The notes under the pieces were generated by a model. The model was not told the DNA's origin and searched no databases. It saw nothing but the letters and a program-made list of their open reading frames with translations. Positions 1 through 9,568 of a DNA stretch of 64,000 bases are shown one piece after another. Location of the stretch: assembly GCA_963824495.1 (NCBI GenBank), contig CAWGPQ010000005.1, positions 32,001 to 96,000 on the forward strand, in the 5' to 3' direction. Within the stretch, counting starts at the first letter, position 1. Each line of letters opens with the position of its first letter. This DNA comes from an uncultured bacterium. GTDB taxonomy: Bacteria > Babelota > Babeliae > Babelales > Babelaceae. The translations under genes and the position numbers were made by a program.

Positions 1-1
1 C

Positions 2-682
2 GAACCAAGCGTAACAACGCGACATATGACTGAGTTTACTACCGTTGATGTTGAAATGGGCTTTATCGTCGACATCTCTGATATTATGCAGCTCATTAAC
101 GGTATGCTTATTGAAGTATGCAACTTCGTATGGGACCACTACGAAAAAGAGTTGCGTGTGCTTAAGGCGCATAAGCCAGTTATTGCGCAATTCGTTCCAA
201 CGGTTACCCTAGAACAACTGCATGAGCTTTGTTTTCAAGAAACGCAGCAAGATTTTCGTGGTGAAAAAGATCCATCACCTTATGAAGAACGCTGGATATG
301 TGAATATGCGGCACAGCAATGGGGCAGCGAGGTAGTGTTTATCACTGGATTTCCTGCTGCTGACATGAAGTTTTATCATTATCGCTCCCAAGCAAATCCC
401 GCATGGGCAGATCGCTTTGATGTGCTGTTTCGTGGTGTTGAGATTATTACTGGCAGCAGGCGCGAACATAGGTATGATAAACTTGTTGAACAGTTGTGTG
501 CTATGGGCTTTGACCCAGAGGACCAGGCCTATCGTTATTACCTACAGGCCTTTAAATACGGTATGCCACCACATGGTGGCTTTGGTTTGGGTCTTGAGCG
601 GTTAACACAGAAAATTATTGGACTTAACAACGTCAAAGAGGCGACGCTTTTCCCGCGCGATATGCATCGCCTTGTGCCATAG
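2..682 (+). CDS. aspS: Aspartyl-tRNA synthetase, short archaeal/non-discriminating type (AsnRS-like class IIb), 5'-truncated by window edge
   Basis: Frame open from base 2: EPSVTTRHMTEF (motif 2), FYHY, EIITGSRREH, YGMPPHGGFGLGLERL (motif 3), LFPRD. No large bacterial GAD insertion. AsnRS cannot be fully excluded. Confidence 0.75.
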   Translation, partial: EPSVTTRHMTEFTTVDVEMGFIVDISDIMQLINGMLIEVCNFVWDHYEKELRVLKAHKPVIAQFVPTVTLEQLHELCFQETQQDFRGEKDPSPYEERWICEYAAQQWGSEVVFITGFPAADMKFYHYRSQANPAWADRFDVLFRGVEIITGSRREHRYDKLVEQLCAMGFDPEDQAYRYYLQAFKYGMPPHGGFGLGLERLTQKIIGLNNVKEATLFPRDMHRLVP

Positions 683-700
683 TTTTTCAAGGAATACACG

Positions 701-1162
701 ATGAATATCATACCCGTTTTTATAATTCTGCAAATAATTCTCTTATTTTTTATGACGTTTCACGACTGGATTCATGTTCCTCCCTTGACTGATATTCGTG
801 AACTTGAAAAGCATAATTCAAAGAAGGGACGCCTCATTAACTCTTGGATTTTTTTCGTTATAGTTTGTATTCCTTTGGTATTGACCTGGATATATCAATA
901 TGCTTTTCAGGGATGGGTTTTGATAACTATTGTTAATTTTTACGGCTTACTGTCAATCGGCACTATTTTTTCTTGGTGGATACCTTATTTTTTTGGCAGT
1001 TCTATAGCTCATAAAACAGCATTTGCTGAATATCGTACTACGCATAGATTTTTGCCAGCTCGTGGTGATAATATAATACCAAACACTTTTCATGTTATTT
1101 TACACGTACAAATATGGGCTTGTTTAGGTATAGCATTATATCTACTGATTAATCATGTATGA
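701..1162 (+). CDS. Hypothetical membrane protein (about 4 TM segments)
   Basis: 153-aa ORF, AAGGA RBS, four hydrophobic stretches, HDW and WWIPY motifs. Confidence 0.7.
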   Translation: MNIIPVFIILQIILLFFMTFHDWIHVPPLTDIRELEKHNSKKGRLINSWIFFVIVCIPLVLTWIYQYAFQGWVLITIVNFYGLLSIGTIFSWWIPYFFGSSIAHKTAFAEYRTTHRFLPARGDNIIPNTFHVILHVQIWACLGIALYLLINHV

Positions 1163-1315
1163 CTTTACAAAAAAAGCAGTGGGACAAGCACATTGCATAA
1201 GGTGTGTTTCTGATTTTTTGTAATGAGCAATTAATTTGCTTGTTTTGCCTATCAATCACCATTTTTTGGTATACTGATGCGAAATAGGCAGTTTTTATCT
1301 GCTTGAGGAGATATC

Positions 1316-1532
1316 ATGCGCGCAATAGAATTTATGGCAACGGCTGAAAAAGGAACAATACAAATACCCAAAGAATATCAAGAAGAATTAAAAGACCAGT
1401 TTCTCGTTATTATTGTTAAAAATATATCATCTGTTGAAGTAGAGCAGCCTCGTAAAAAGCGTATTCTTAGCGCTCCCCAAGATAAAGACAAAAGGCTTCA
1501 AGTTTGATAAAGACGAAGCAAATGAAAGATAG
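1316..1532 (+). pseudogene. Antitoxin-like small protein with a frameshift
   Basis: GAGGAG RBS. Shifting frame at the C4 run near 1475 gives the C-terminus KIKTKGFKFDKDEANER*, an ending typical of antitoxins coupled to PIN toxins; it overlaps the next ATG. Confidence 0.55.
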
Positions 1533-1661
1533 GGTTTTTTTGATAGTAACGTACTTATCCGTGTTTATTCTATCGATGAGCCTAAAAAGTTAAATATTAT
1601 TATGCACAATCAGCACATTATTGAATGTACTTTAAAAAGTGTTAATCCATTTCGTAGCTGA
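1522..1661 (+). pseudogene. PIN-domain (VapC-like) toxin remnant
   Basis: MKDRVF/FDSNVLI (frameshift in T7 run) joined to a PIN-like C-terminus (MHNQHIIECTLKSVNPF); most of the domain is deleted. Confidence 0.55.
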
Positions 1662-1891
1662 AAATTGCTCGAGAATTTTCCTTAGCATTTGAGTTTGAAA
1701 AGACATTTCAAAGTGGTAAAGACAGCTAAAATTTTTCATGTCTTGACCAAGGCGGGTCACCATATTCTAAAATATGAAGAAAGCAGGCAGTATATCGGTC
1801 TTTGTATTTTCAGTCTATGTAAATGCCAACGGTGCATGTGCATTTTTCAAGATGACCAATTAGAGTTTTTAAAGTTGAAAAGGTAGTTGAA

Positions 1892-3541
1892 ATGAGCGAC
1901 AAGACTAAAAGCGTGCGAGACATTACGTATCAACTTCTGCGAGAAGTTGGCCTGAAGACCGTGTTCGGGAATCCGGGTTCGACGGAGGAGCATTTTCTCA
2001 AGAATTTCCCATCAGACTTCAGCTATGTGCTTGCTCTCCAAGAGGCATCGGTGATCGCGATAGCTGACGGTTTTGCTCAGGCCACGGGCCTTCCAGCCTT
2101 GGTGAACGTCCATACCGGAGGTGGGTCGGGCAATGCCATGGGTAATCTCATCACCGCCTTTCAGAACAAAACGCCCTTGATTGTAACAGCGGGCCAGCAA
2201 ACACGCGAAATGCTGTTGATGGAACCTTGGCTGACGAATGTTGAAGCTACTATTCTTTCTCGCCCCTGGGTGAAGTGGGCCTATGAGCCAGTGCGTGCCC
2301 AAGATGTGCCCGCTGCTTTCATGCGTGCCATTGCCACGGCTCTTCAGCCACCTGCAGGTCCTGTCTTTCTCTCTCTTCCACTCGATGATTGGGAAAAGCC
2401 CTATGTTGGATCAGCAGCGGTTGTGCGGACGGTGAGTCGTCGCTTTGCTCCTGATCCTACTCGCTTGGCGGAGTTCGCGCAAGCCTTGTCGGAGGCATCG
2501 TCACCCGTCCTAATCTATGGCGCCGCAATCGATCGTGGCAACGGTTGGAGCGAGGCTATTGCTTTTGCAGAGGTGCTTGGCGCACCAGTCTGGTCTGCGC
2601 CTATTTCAGATCGTGTGTCATTTCCTGAAAATCATCCTCTCTATGCAGGCGAATTGCCATTTGCCATTGGCCCACTTAGTCAAAAGCTGCAAGGTCATGA
2701 TGTAGCGCTTGTTGTAGGTGCTCCGGTATTCCGTTACTATCCCTATGTGCCTGGTCCATATTTGCCAAATGGAACGCGCCTCTTACATATTTCTGATGAT
2801 CCGGCAGAGACGGCACGCGCACCGGTCGGCGACAGCTTATTGGGAGATGCTGTCTTGTCTCTGGCCACTCTCAAAGATTTATTGGACAAGTCGAAAATAA
2901 ACAAGTTGCAGGAAAAAGTGGTGCATCGTATTGTGCCTCATCGTGTGGCTCATGGATCGAACTCGAAAAAAGTATCTGATGATGGTCTTCTTGCTGCAGC
3001 ACAAGTTTTCGATGCTCTCAGCGAAATTCGGCCTGAAAACGTCATTTTACTAGAGGAGTCCCCCTCGAATGCCGCCGATCTTCACCAATACTGGCCGATT
3101 ACTCAACCGGCTTCATTCTTTACTTTTGCTAGTGGAGTACTCGGTTGGGGCCTGCCGGCATCTGTGGGTATTGCACTTGCCGAGCGCAAGACTGGTCGCA
3201 ACCGCCCAGTGATCTTGATAATCGGCGACGGATCGTTTCAATATTCAATTCAGTCGCTCTGGACAGCGGTTCAGCATAATCTGCCCATTCTGATTATTGT
3301 TATGCGCAACGGACAATATGGCATTCTCAAGTCGTTTGCAAAGTTTGAGAATACGCCCGGTGTTCCGGGCCTTGATCTTCCTGGTCTTGACATCGTCTGT
3401 TTGGCAAAGGGCTTTGGCTGCGATGCTGCACGTCTTGATGATCTCAATGTTATCAAGAGGGCTGCAACGGAGGCTTGGACTAAATCAAAGCCCACGGTGC
3501 TAGAGATTCCCATTTCTCCCTGGGTCCCACCGCTCATTTGA
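1892..3541 (+). CDS. mdlC: Benzoylformate decarboxylase-like ThDP-dependent enzyme
   Basis: VFGNPGST, ALQEASV, ITAFQNKTPLIVTAGQQTR, GDGS...NGQYG ThDP motif, PGLDLPGLD. Confidence 0.85.
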   Translation: MSDKTKSVRDITYQLLREVGLKTVFGNPGSTEEHFLKNFPSDFSYVLALQEASVIAIADGFAQATGLPALVNVHTGGGSGNAMGNLITAFQNKTPLIVTAGQQTREMLLMEPWLTNVEATILSRPWVKWAYEPVRAQDVPAAFMRAIATALQPPAGPVFLSLPLDDWEKPYVGSAAVVRTVSRRFAPDPTRLAEFAQALSEASSPVLIYGAAIDRGNGWSEAIAFAEVLGAPVWSAPISDRVSFPENHPLYAGELPFAIGPLSQKLQGHDVALVVGAPVFRYYPYVPGPYLPNGTRLLHISDDPAETARAPVGDSLLGDAVLSLATLKDLLDKSKINKLQEKVVHRIVPHRVAHGSNSKKVSDDGLLAAAQVFDALSEIRPENVILLEESPSNAADLHQYWPITQPASFFTFASGVLGWGLPASVGIALAERKTGRNRPVILIIGDGSFQYSIQSLWTAVQHNLPILIIVMRNGQYGILKSFAKFENTPGVPGLDLPGLDIVCLAKGFGCDAARLDDLNVIKRAATEAWTKSKPTVLEIPISPWVPPLI

Positions 3542-3596
3542 GGAAATTGGGCAAAGTTTTTACATTGAAGCAGAACTGTAGAGACAAGAAATTTTA

Positions 3597-3913
3597 CTAA
3601 GAAGTTTTTTTATTTTTAAAAATATCTTGCGGTTCTTTTCCAAGTAATGCCAAAAGATGTGCCAAACTTGCAATGGTTAAATTTGCTTCACCCTTTTGTA
3701 TTTTAGCTACATGGGTTGGGCTTGAATCCAAACGTCTTACAAGCTCATTAAAGCCTATGTTGTTTTTTTCATGTAATCATTCATAGCACCTGAAATTGCT
3801 TTTTGCATAGATTGTAGAATTTTAACTTCCAGTTGCGCTTGTTCTTCAATTTCAGCAATCTCATCTTTGTTGAGGCATTGTTCAAGATATTTTTGGAAAC
3901 TTTTTGTTTTCAT
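3597..3913 (-). pseudogene. XRE/HigA-like HTH antitoxin with a frameshift
   Basis: MKTKSFQKYLEQ...MNDYMKK, then after the A7 run NNIGFNELVRRLDSSPTHVAKIQKGEANLTIASLAHLLALLG (HTH). Not in the ORF track. Confidence 0.65.
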
Positions 3914-4114
3914 GATGTCTTTCTATTTTGGATAACCGGTCGCGAGCAACTTTGATATCTCTTTCCTGGCTTGTTTTATCACCAGCTGCAAGCAAAATAA
4001 TCAAGTGTTTGCCGTGAAATTCGTAATAAATGCGATAACTATATCTACGTTCTCTTAATTCAAAAAGACCCTCGCCTGATGCTCTACTATGGGGAGTTTT
4101 AATTCATTATATTC
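3882..4114 (-). pseudogene. RelE/ParE (HigB/Gp49-like) toxin, 5' part missing
   Basis: Minus strand reads PHSRASGEGLFELRERRYSYRIYYEFHGKHLIILLAAGDKTSQERDIKVAR and overlaps the antitoxin start. No start codon; it abuts the IS. Confidence 0.7.
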
Positions 4115-4122
4115 TAAAAATA

Positions 4123-5112
4123 ACGCGAATTCGACATAAGATAAGATAGAAAAAAGTGAGCAAAATACTATCCTTTTTAAATCAGAAACAAAAAAAGAAA
4201 GGAGAAGTAAAATGCTCACAGATTTATTTTACCACGTTGATGAATTCTGCAAAGACCTATCGAAGGTTACGGAAGAAGAATTGAGGATTGAAGATAGTGA
4301 AAGAAAACGAAAAAGAAACTGTAGGCTGCAGCTTAGTGAAGTAATGACGCTAGTGATCTATTACCACTATTCAAACTATAAAACACTCAAAGATTATTAC
4401 CAAAGGCACGTTTTGCGCAACCTAACGTCAGAGTTTAGCGAGCTGGTTAGCTATACGAGGTTCATTGAACTTAAGCAGGAAGCAGCATTACCTCTTGCAT
4501 TATTTAGCAGACTTACGTGCTCGAATCCTTGTACTGGCGTATCATTTATAGATAGTTTTGCCCTAAAAGTATGCCATAATAGAAGAATTAACTCCAATAG
4601 GGTATTCAAAGATATAGCTCAGGGAGGCAAGACAAGTATTGGCTGGTTTTATGGCTTTAAAGTACATTTTTTGATTAATGTATATGGTGAAATTATAAAC
4701 TTTTCTATAACTACGGGCAATGTAGCAGACAGCAATCCTGAGGTGCTTGATGTTTTAACTCAATCAGTATCGGGTAAAGTATATGGTGATAAAGGTTATA
4801 TTCTCAACGCTGAGCGGCTTGAATCTTATTGCAATAAGGGTGTTCAATTTGTTACAAAAGTTAGAAAGAATATGAAGAGCAGCCCTATTGATGGAGTTGA
4901 TACATTGCTTTTGAAAAAGAGGGGTGTCATTGAGTCATGTATTGGCATTATGAAGGGTTCTCTCTCTATAGAACATACTAGACATCGTAGTCCTATTGGC
5001 TTCCTTGCTCATATATTTTCTAGTTTAATTGCTTATAGTTTTAGGCCCACAAAGCCTACAATCGTAGTCGATGATGCTCTATCTGTTCTCATGCCTTAAG
5101 TCGAATTCGCGT
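4123..5112 (+). mobile_element. IS982-family insertion sequence (990 bp)
   Basis: 18-bp terminal IRs ACGCGAATTCGACATAAG / reverse complement ACGCGAATTCGACTTAAG (1 mismatch); 8-bp direct repeat TAAAAATA at 4115-4122 and 5113-5120. Confidence 0.92.
4212..5099 (+). CDS. IS982-family DDE transposase
   Basis: LSEVMTL, VSYTRF, FIDSF, GWFYGFKVH, YGDKGY, RGVIES, IEHTRHRS motifs. Confidence 0.92.
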   Translation: MLTDLFYHVDEFCKDLSKVTEEELRIEDSERKRKRNCRLQLSEVMTLVIYYHYSNYKTLKDYYQRHVLRNLTSEFSELVSYTRFIELKQEAALPLALFSRLTCSNPCTGVSFIDSFALKVCHNRRINSNRVFKDIAQGGKTSIGWFYGFKVHFLINVYGEIINFSITTGNVADSNPEVLDVLTQSVSGKVYGDKGYILNAERLESYCNKGVQFVTKVRKNMKSSPIDGVDTLLLKKRGVIESCIGIMKGSLSIEHTRHRSPIGFLAHIFSSLIAYSFRPTKPTIVVDDALSVLMP

Positions 5113-5220
5113 TAAAAATATAATGACCTCCCTCAAAAAATCTGTAATTGGAGAAAATAGGAAGTATAATAATGCAAAAGATCATTGCAATCGTGAGCAC
5201 AAAAGCTAGAAAGAAGTCCT

Positions 5221-6276
5221 ATGAGATTCACCGTTCCTCAACGCTTACGCCCTTATGACAAGGTTGCTATAGTATCTCCTGCATCAGGGTGTGCTTATTT
5301 GTTTCCAGAAGTTTATGAGCTTGGCTTAAAGCGCCTGCGGACTGTCTTTGATCTGGAGCCAATAGAGTTTCCATCGGCTCGTAAAAGCCCTGAATATTTA
5401 TCAAAAAATCCACAAGCACGAGCAGATGATATCAATGCTGCTTTTGCAGATAGCTCTATCAAAGCGATAATTGCAACGGCAGGTGGCAATGATTGTATTC
5501 GTATTCTCCCTTATCTTGATGCAAAAACAATTATAGCAAATCCCAAAGCTTTTCTTGGCTATAGCGATTGCACAAATATTCATGTTTTTTTGTGGAATCT
5601 TGGGCTTATTTCGTATTATGGTGGCTCAGTTATGTCACAATTTGGTATGCAGTATGCAATGCATGATTATACTATCAGCTCTATAAAAAAAGCACTTTTT
5701 AGAGATAGCATTGGTCAAATAAGTGCTTCGCTTGACTACACTGACTATGATCTTGATTGGTCAAACCCAGATAATCTTGTTCTTAAGCGTCCTCTTGAAA
5801 AAGCTCCCGATTGGCAATGGCATAATTTTAATAGCATAATAACAGCGGGCAGACTATGGGGTGGGTGCCTTGAAACCCTAGACTTACAGTTTGCTGCAAA
5901 TCAGTACTTGCCCGAACTGGAAGATTTTGATGATATTGTTATGTATATCGAGACATCGGAAGAATTGCCAAGCGCTGGATTTGTCTATCGCTTTATAGCC
6001 GCTCTTGGAGAACGAGGAATACTCGAGCGTATCGGGGGCATGTTGGTTGGATTGCCAAAAGCCCAGTTTCTTCATGTTCTTCCATCAGAGGGTAAAGCAC
6101 AGTATTTGGCTAATCAGCGTGCCGCAATTGAGCAAGCATTAGAGGATTACGGCTGCAAGCTTCCTGTCGTTTTTAATCTCAACTTTGGTCATACTGATCC
6201 TCAGCTATTGATACCTAATGGTGGAATAGTTCGTATTGATGGTATCAAAAAAACAATTTTTTTTAGCTATCAATAA
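5221..6276 (+). CDS. S66 family peptidase (LD-carboxypeptidase / MccF-like)
   Basis: FLGYSDCT (Ser), LWGGCLE, IETSEE (Glu), FGHTDPQ (His). Confidence 0.88.
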   Translation: MRFTVPQRLRPYDKVAIVSPASGCAYLFPEVYELGLKRLRTVFDLEPIEFPSARKSPEYLSKNPQARADDINAAFADSSIKAIIATAGGNDCIRILPYLDAKTIIANPKAFLGYSDCTNIHVFLWNLGLISYYGGSVMSQFGMQYAMHDYTISSIKKALFRDSIGQISASLDYTDYDLDWSNPDNLVLKRPLEKAPDWQWHNFNSIITAGRLWGGCLETLDLQFAANQYLPELEDFDDIVMYIETSEELPSAGFVYRFIAALGERGILERIGGMLVGLPKAQFLHVLPSEGKAQYLANQRAAIEQALEDYGCKLPVVFNLNFGHTDPQLLIPNGGIVRIDGIKKTIFFSYQ

Positions 6277-7312
6277 TGAATAACGCCCATTATTTTAGAC
6301 TGTGTTATAGTTTCAGCAAAGTTTGCGATAGTGGGAGCATGTATAAATGCGTCACACGCAAATAGGTAGATAGTAGGATCTACTTTGTTATGCGAGTGCG
6401 TGTATGGCGTTATAAGCGCAGCCTTAGGTGTATTTGATGCTAAGTTCCAGATCAGCTCTAGATGACGTAACGGTACCATAAGATCATTTTTTCCATGGAT
6501 AAAGAGAATTGGAGAATCATGTAAGAATGGCAAATATTCTTCAATTGATACTGATGGTACTACAAATTTTAGTAATTTAAGCAAATTGCTTCGTACTATC
6601 GGTCTTTTTAAAAAGGATTTAATAACCTCGGGAGCTCCACCAGATTGCGGGCTCAAGGGAAGAAATGGGTCCAAACTTATTGACTCTGCAAATGCATTAA
6701 AAGAGTGCCAACAACTGTCTAAAATCAATTTATCAAATAATTTTTTTCCCTCGTTGTGTGCTGTAACTTGTGCAGCTACAAAGAGAAAATTGCTATAACA
6801 TTGCCCTAAGCAAACCTTTGCTTCGTATTGTTTATGGTTATCGAGAAAATTAACTACGGCAACAACTTCTTCTTGCTCTTCATAAACTAACTTATTAAGC
6901 GGATGAAGTAGCGTAGACGGCTTGAGAAGAAATGAAATAATATCGTTCCATCTATAATCAAAAATAATAATATCATAGTTCAAAAACAATCTAACAAATG
7001 ATAACATCGATTCTTTGGTTCCAGGAAATCCTTGTCCGATGACAAGTGCTGAATCGCTATTCCTATCAAAAAACAATGCCTCAAAAGGGATGCCATTAAC
7101 GGTATGCAACGTAATGGGTGAAGCTTTAAGCTCATCTTGTGGATTAGTAATGTTATTCGTACAATAATATGCTTGAGCTTCACGTGCTAAATCGCGAGTA
7201 GTCAAAGATTGCCGAAGCACGTCAGTTTTCAAAAGATATTGAGCTCGGGAATTACTAATGTTTATCGTAATAACGACAGTTATAGTCAAAAATATAATTT
7301 TTTAGAAATCAT
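6270..7312 (-). CDS. Secreted alpha/beta-hydrolase-fold protein (probable frameshift in the signal peptide)
   Basis: IIIFDYRW, GQCYS elbow, LILDS, ILFIHGKNDLMVP. An ATG at 7312 would give MISKKLYFLTITVV if one base is restored in the run near 7290; the ORF track starts at 7289. Confidence 0.65.
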
Positions 7313-7421
7313 AAAGTTTGCAATCCATGCTTAAAGATAATTTAAGTGGATGTAAGTATAGCATAACTTAAAAAAATCTTTTGGTTCTTTTGAGAGAACA
7401 AACTTTCTATCGGGGTACTTC

Positions 7422-7464
7422 TTGACTGACTTCCCTTCAAAATTATACTGAGTCATAACTCAGT
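7422..7464 (+). promoter_or_regulatory. Sigma70-type promoter with overlapping palindromic operator upstream of TetR
   Basis: TTGACT (7422-7427), 16 bp spacer, TATACT (7444-7449); perfect IR ACTGAGT-cata-ACTCAGT at 7447-7464. Confidence 0.65.
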
Positions 7465-7486
7465 GAGTTTTAACCTGGTAGAAATT

Positions 7487-8083
7487 ATGCAAACAACAAA
7501 AAGAGATATTCAAAAAGAGCAAACACGTGATCGATTGCTATCAGTGGCCTATCGGGCCTTTGCTTGTCAAGGATTGCTTTTAACTAAAACAAGTGATATT
7601 GCTCATGCAGCTGGTATAGCTCATGGCACGTTATTTGTTCATTTTCCAACCCGAGATGATCTTTTACTATGCGTTGTGGAAGAGTTTGGACTTACTCTTG
7701 GTGGCAGATTGCAAGCGCTGGCACAAGGCGAAGTGTATTTGCAAGAAGTACTTATGGCCCATTTAATGGTTATTGAAGAGTTTGAACCTTTTTATGCACA
7801 TCTGATTATAGAAGGACCATTACTTGCTGAAAAGATTCGCACAGCAATCTTTATGATTCAATCAGGTATTGCTAGCCATATAGAGCGTGCTTATAACTAC
7901 GAATTACACGAGAAACAAAAGAAAACTATCAAAAATTTTCCTCTTCACATTCTTCTCAATACCTGGCTAGGGTTAGTACATCACTACCTCATAAATCGTG
8001 ATGTATTTGCACCACACGCTTCGGTTATTGAGCGGCACGGAAAAGAACTACTTAGTAATTTTTTAATAATGATCACTGACTAA
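7487..8083 (+). CDS. TetR/AcrR family transcriptional regulator
   Basis: N-terminal HTH: KTSDIAHAAGIAHGTLFVHFPTRDDL. Confidence 0.9.
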   Translation: MQTTKRDIQKEQTRDRLLSVAYRAFACQGLLLTKTSDIAHAAGIAHGTLFVHFPTRDDLLLCVVEEFGLTLGGRLQALAQGEVYLQEVLMAHLMVIEEFEPFYAHLIIEGPLLAEKIRTAIFMIQSGIASHIERAYNYELHEKQKKTIKNFPLHILLNTWLGLVHHYLINRDVFAPHASVIERHGKELLSNFLIMITD

Positions 8084-8097
8084 AAAGGATGATACTT

Positions 8098-8358
8098 ATG
8101 ACTATAACATGTGTTTCATGTGAATCATGTGGTATGCCTCTCATCAGCCCAGCCGACTGTGCTTTGGGTGATACGAAGCAACGTTATTGCATATATTGTA
8201 CTAATGAAAACGGCCATCTAAAATCGTATGATGAGGTGCTTCATGGAATGGCAGCTTATTTAATGCACTCACAGGCAATTGATCACATGGCTGCAGAAAA
8301 AATGGCACATCATGTTTTGAGCAGTATGCCAGCTTGGCAAACAAAAGGAGATAATTGA
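8098..8358 (+). CDS. Putative zinc-ribbon domain protein
   Basis: CESCGMPL ... YCIYC ... MPAW pattern. Confidence 0.75.
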   Translation: MTITCVSCESCGMPLISPADCALGDTKQRYCIYCTNENGHLKSYDEVLHGMAAYLMHSQAIDHMAAEKMAHHVLSSMPAWQTKGDN

Positions 8359-8819
8359 TGAGCCGGCCTACTAAACTAGCTGAGCTTAATTGGATAACGC
8401 CCTATCTTGCTGTGCAAGATGTTAAAAAAGCTATTGAATTTTATACTGATATTTTTGGCTTTACCGTTCATGAAGCATTACGTGATAAAAACGAAAAAAT
8501 CGTTTTTGCTCGAATTCGTTATAAAGAAACAAATATTATTTTGTCGCCTCATGTTGCGTTTGAGCATGAACATCCTGGCTTTGCGCCGATCGTTACTAAA
8601 ACAATTTCTCCGGTTGTACTCTGTGTCTATTGTGATGATCTGGATAAACGCTATCGGAAAGCGCGTGATTACGGTTTAGAAATTCTCATGCCCTTAGGGA
8701 CTCGTTTTTGGGGTGATGCTATGTTTAGAGTTGCTGATCCTGAGGGGTATTTTTGGGATTTTGCAACACATGTTGCTGATTTTAATCCCCAGCTATTACC
8801 TCCTGAATTGCGTGATTAA
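8358..8819 (+). CDS. VOC/glyoxalase family protein (PhnB-like)
   Basis: ITPYLAVQDVKKAIEFY ... FWGD ... DPEGYFW. Confidence 0.88.
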   Translation: MSRPTKLAELNWITPYLAVQDVKKAIEFYTDIFGFTVHEALRDKNEKIVFARIRYKETNIILSPHVAFEHEHPGFAPIVTKTISPVVLCVYCDDLDKRYRKARDYGLEILMPLGTRFWGDAMFRVADPEGYFWDFATHVADFNPQLLPPELRD

Positions 8820-8820
8820 T

Positions 8821-9493
8821 ATGCAACATCCACTAATTAATGCACTGGAAAAGGTGTTCTTAGAGCAGGCAGATGCTCAAAAAGCTAGCTGGCAAGAAGC
8901 ATATATGAGAAATCAGTTTAGTTTTTTCGGTATCTCAAAACCTATGCGAGCCCTGGTTGAAAAAGAGATTTTTAAGCTAAACGCTCTAGCAAGCCAAGAG
9001 GAACTTATACAGGTAATTAAACTCTTATGGGCCAAAGATAAACGTGAATTTCAGTATACTGCCTGTCGGCTTGCCTGTTATTACAAAAAACTTTGGAAGC
9101 CAGATATGGTAACACTTTTTGAGTACATGATTCGTACAAAATCCTGGTGGACACTGTTGATGATAGTGCTGCAAATCTTGTAGGTATCTTAGTGCTTAAT
9201 CACGCAGAGCTTGCTTCAACTATGGATCAATGGATTTATGACGAAAATCTCTGGATACGTCGATCAGCGTTATTATTTCAATTGCGCTGGAAACACCAAA
9301 CCGATGAACAAAGACTATTTTCATACTGTGTTAAGACAATGCATGAAAAAGATTTTTTTATCCGCAAGGCTATTGGGTGGGTCTTACGGGGGAATATTCA
9401 AAAACTAATCCCTTAACAGTGGGTGCTTTTATTAACACTTATCGCGATAGTTTAAGTACACTGAGTATTCGCGAAGGAAGCAAGTATATTTAA
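8821..9493 (+). pseudogene. DNA alkylation repair protein (AlkD-like), two frameshifts
   Basis: AYMRNQFSFFGI, REFQY, SWW/DTVD, WIRRSALLFQL, FFIRKAIGWVLR/EYSKTNP ... LSIREGSKYI*. Frameshifts in G runs near 9149 and 9390. Confidence 0.8.
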
Positions 9494-9568
9494 AGCAAAT
9501 ATATTTAACGTGAGGCTTCACGATACTTATCGAGTGATAACTTAATAAATAACTCTAAGGAAACTAAG

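Noticed and set aside
1689..1886. 65-aa ORF before mdlC
   Set aside because: TTG start, no RBS, no recognisable motif; probably promoter region.
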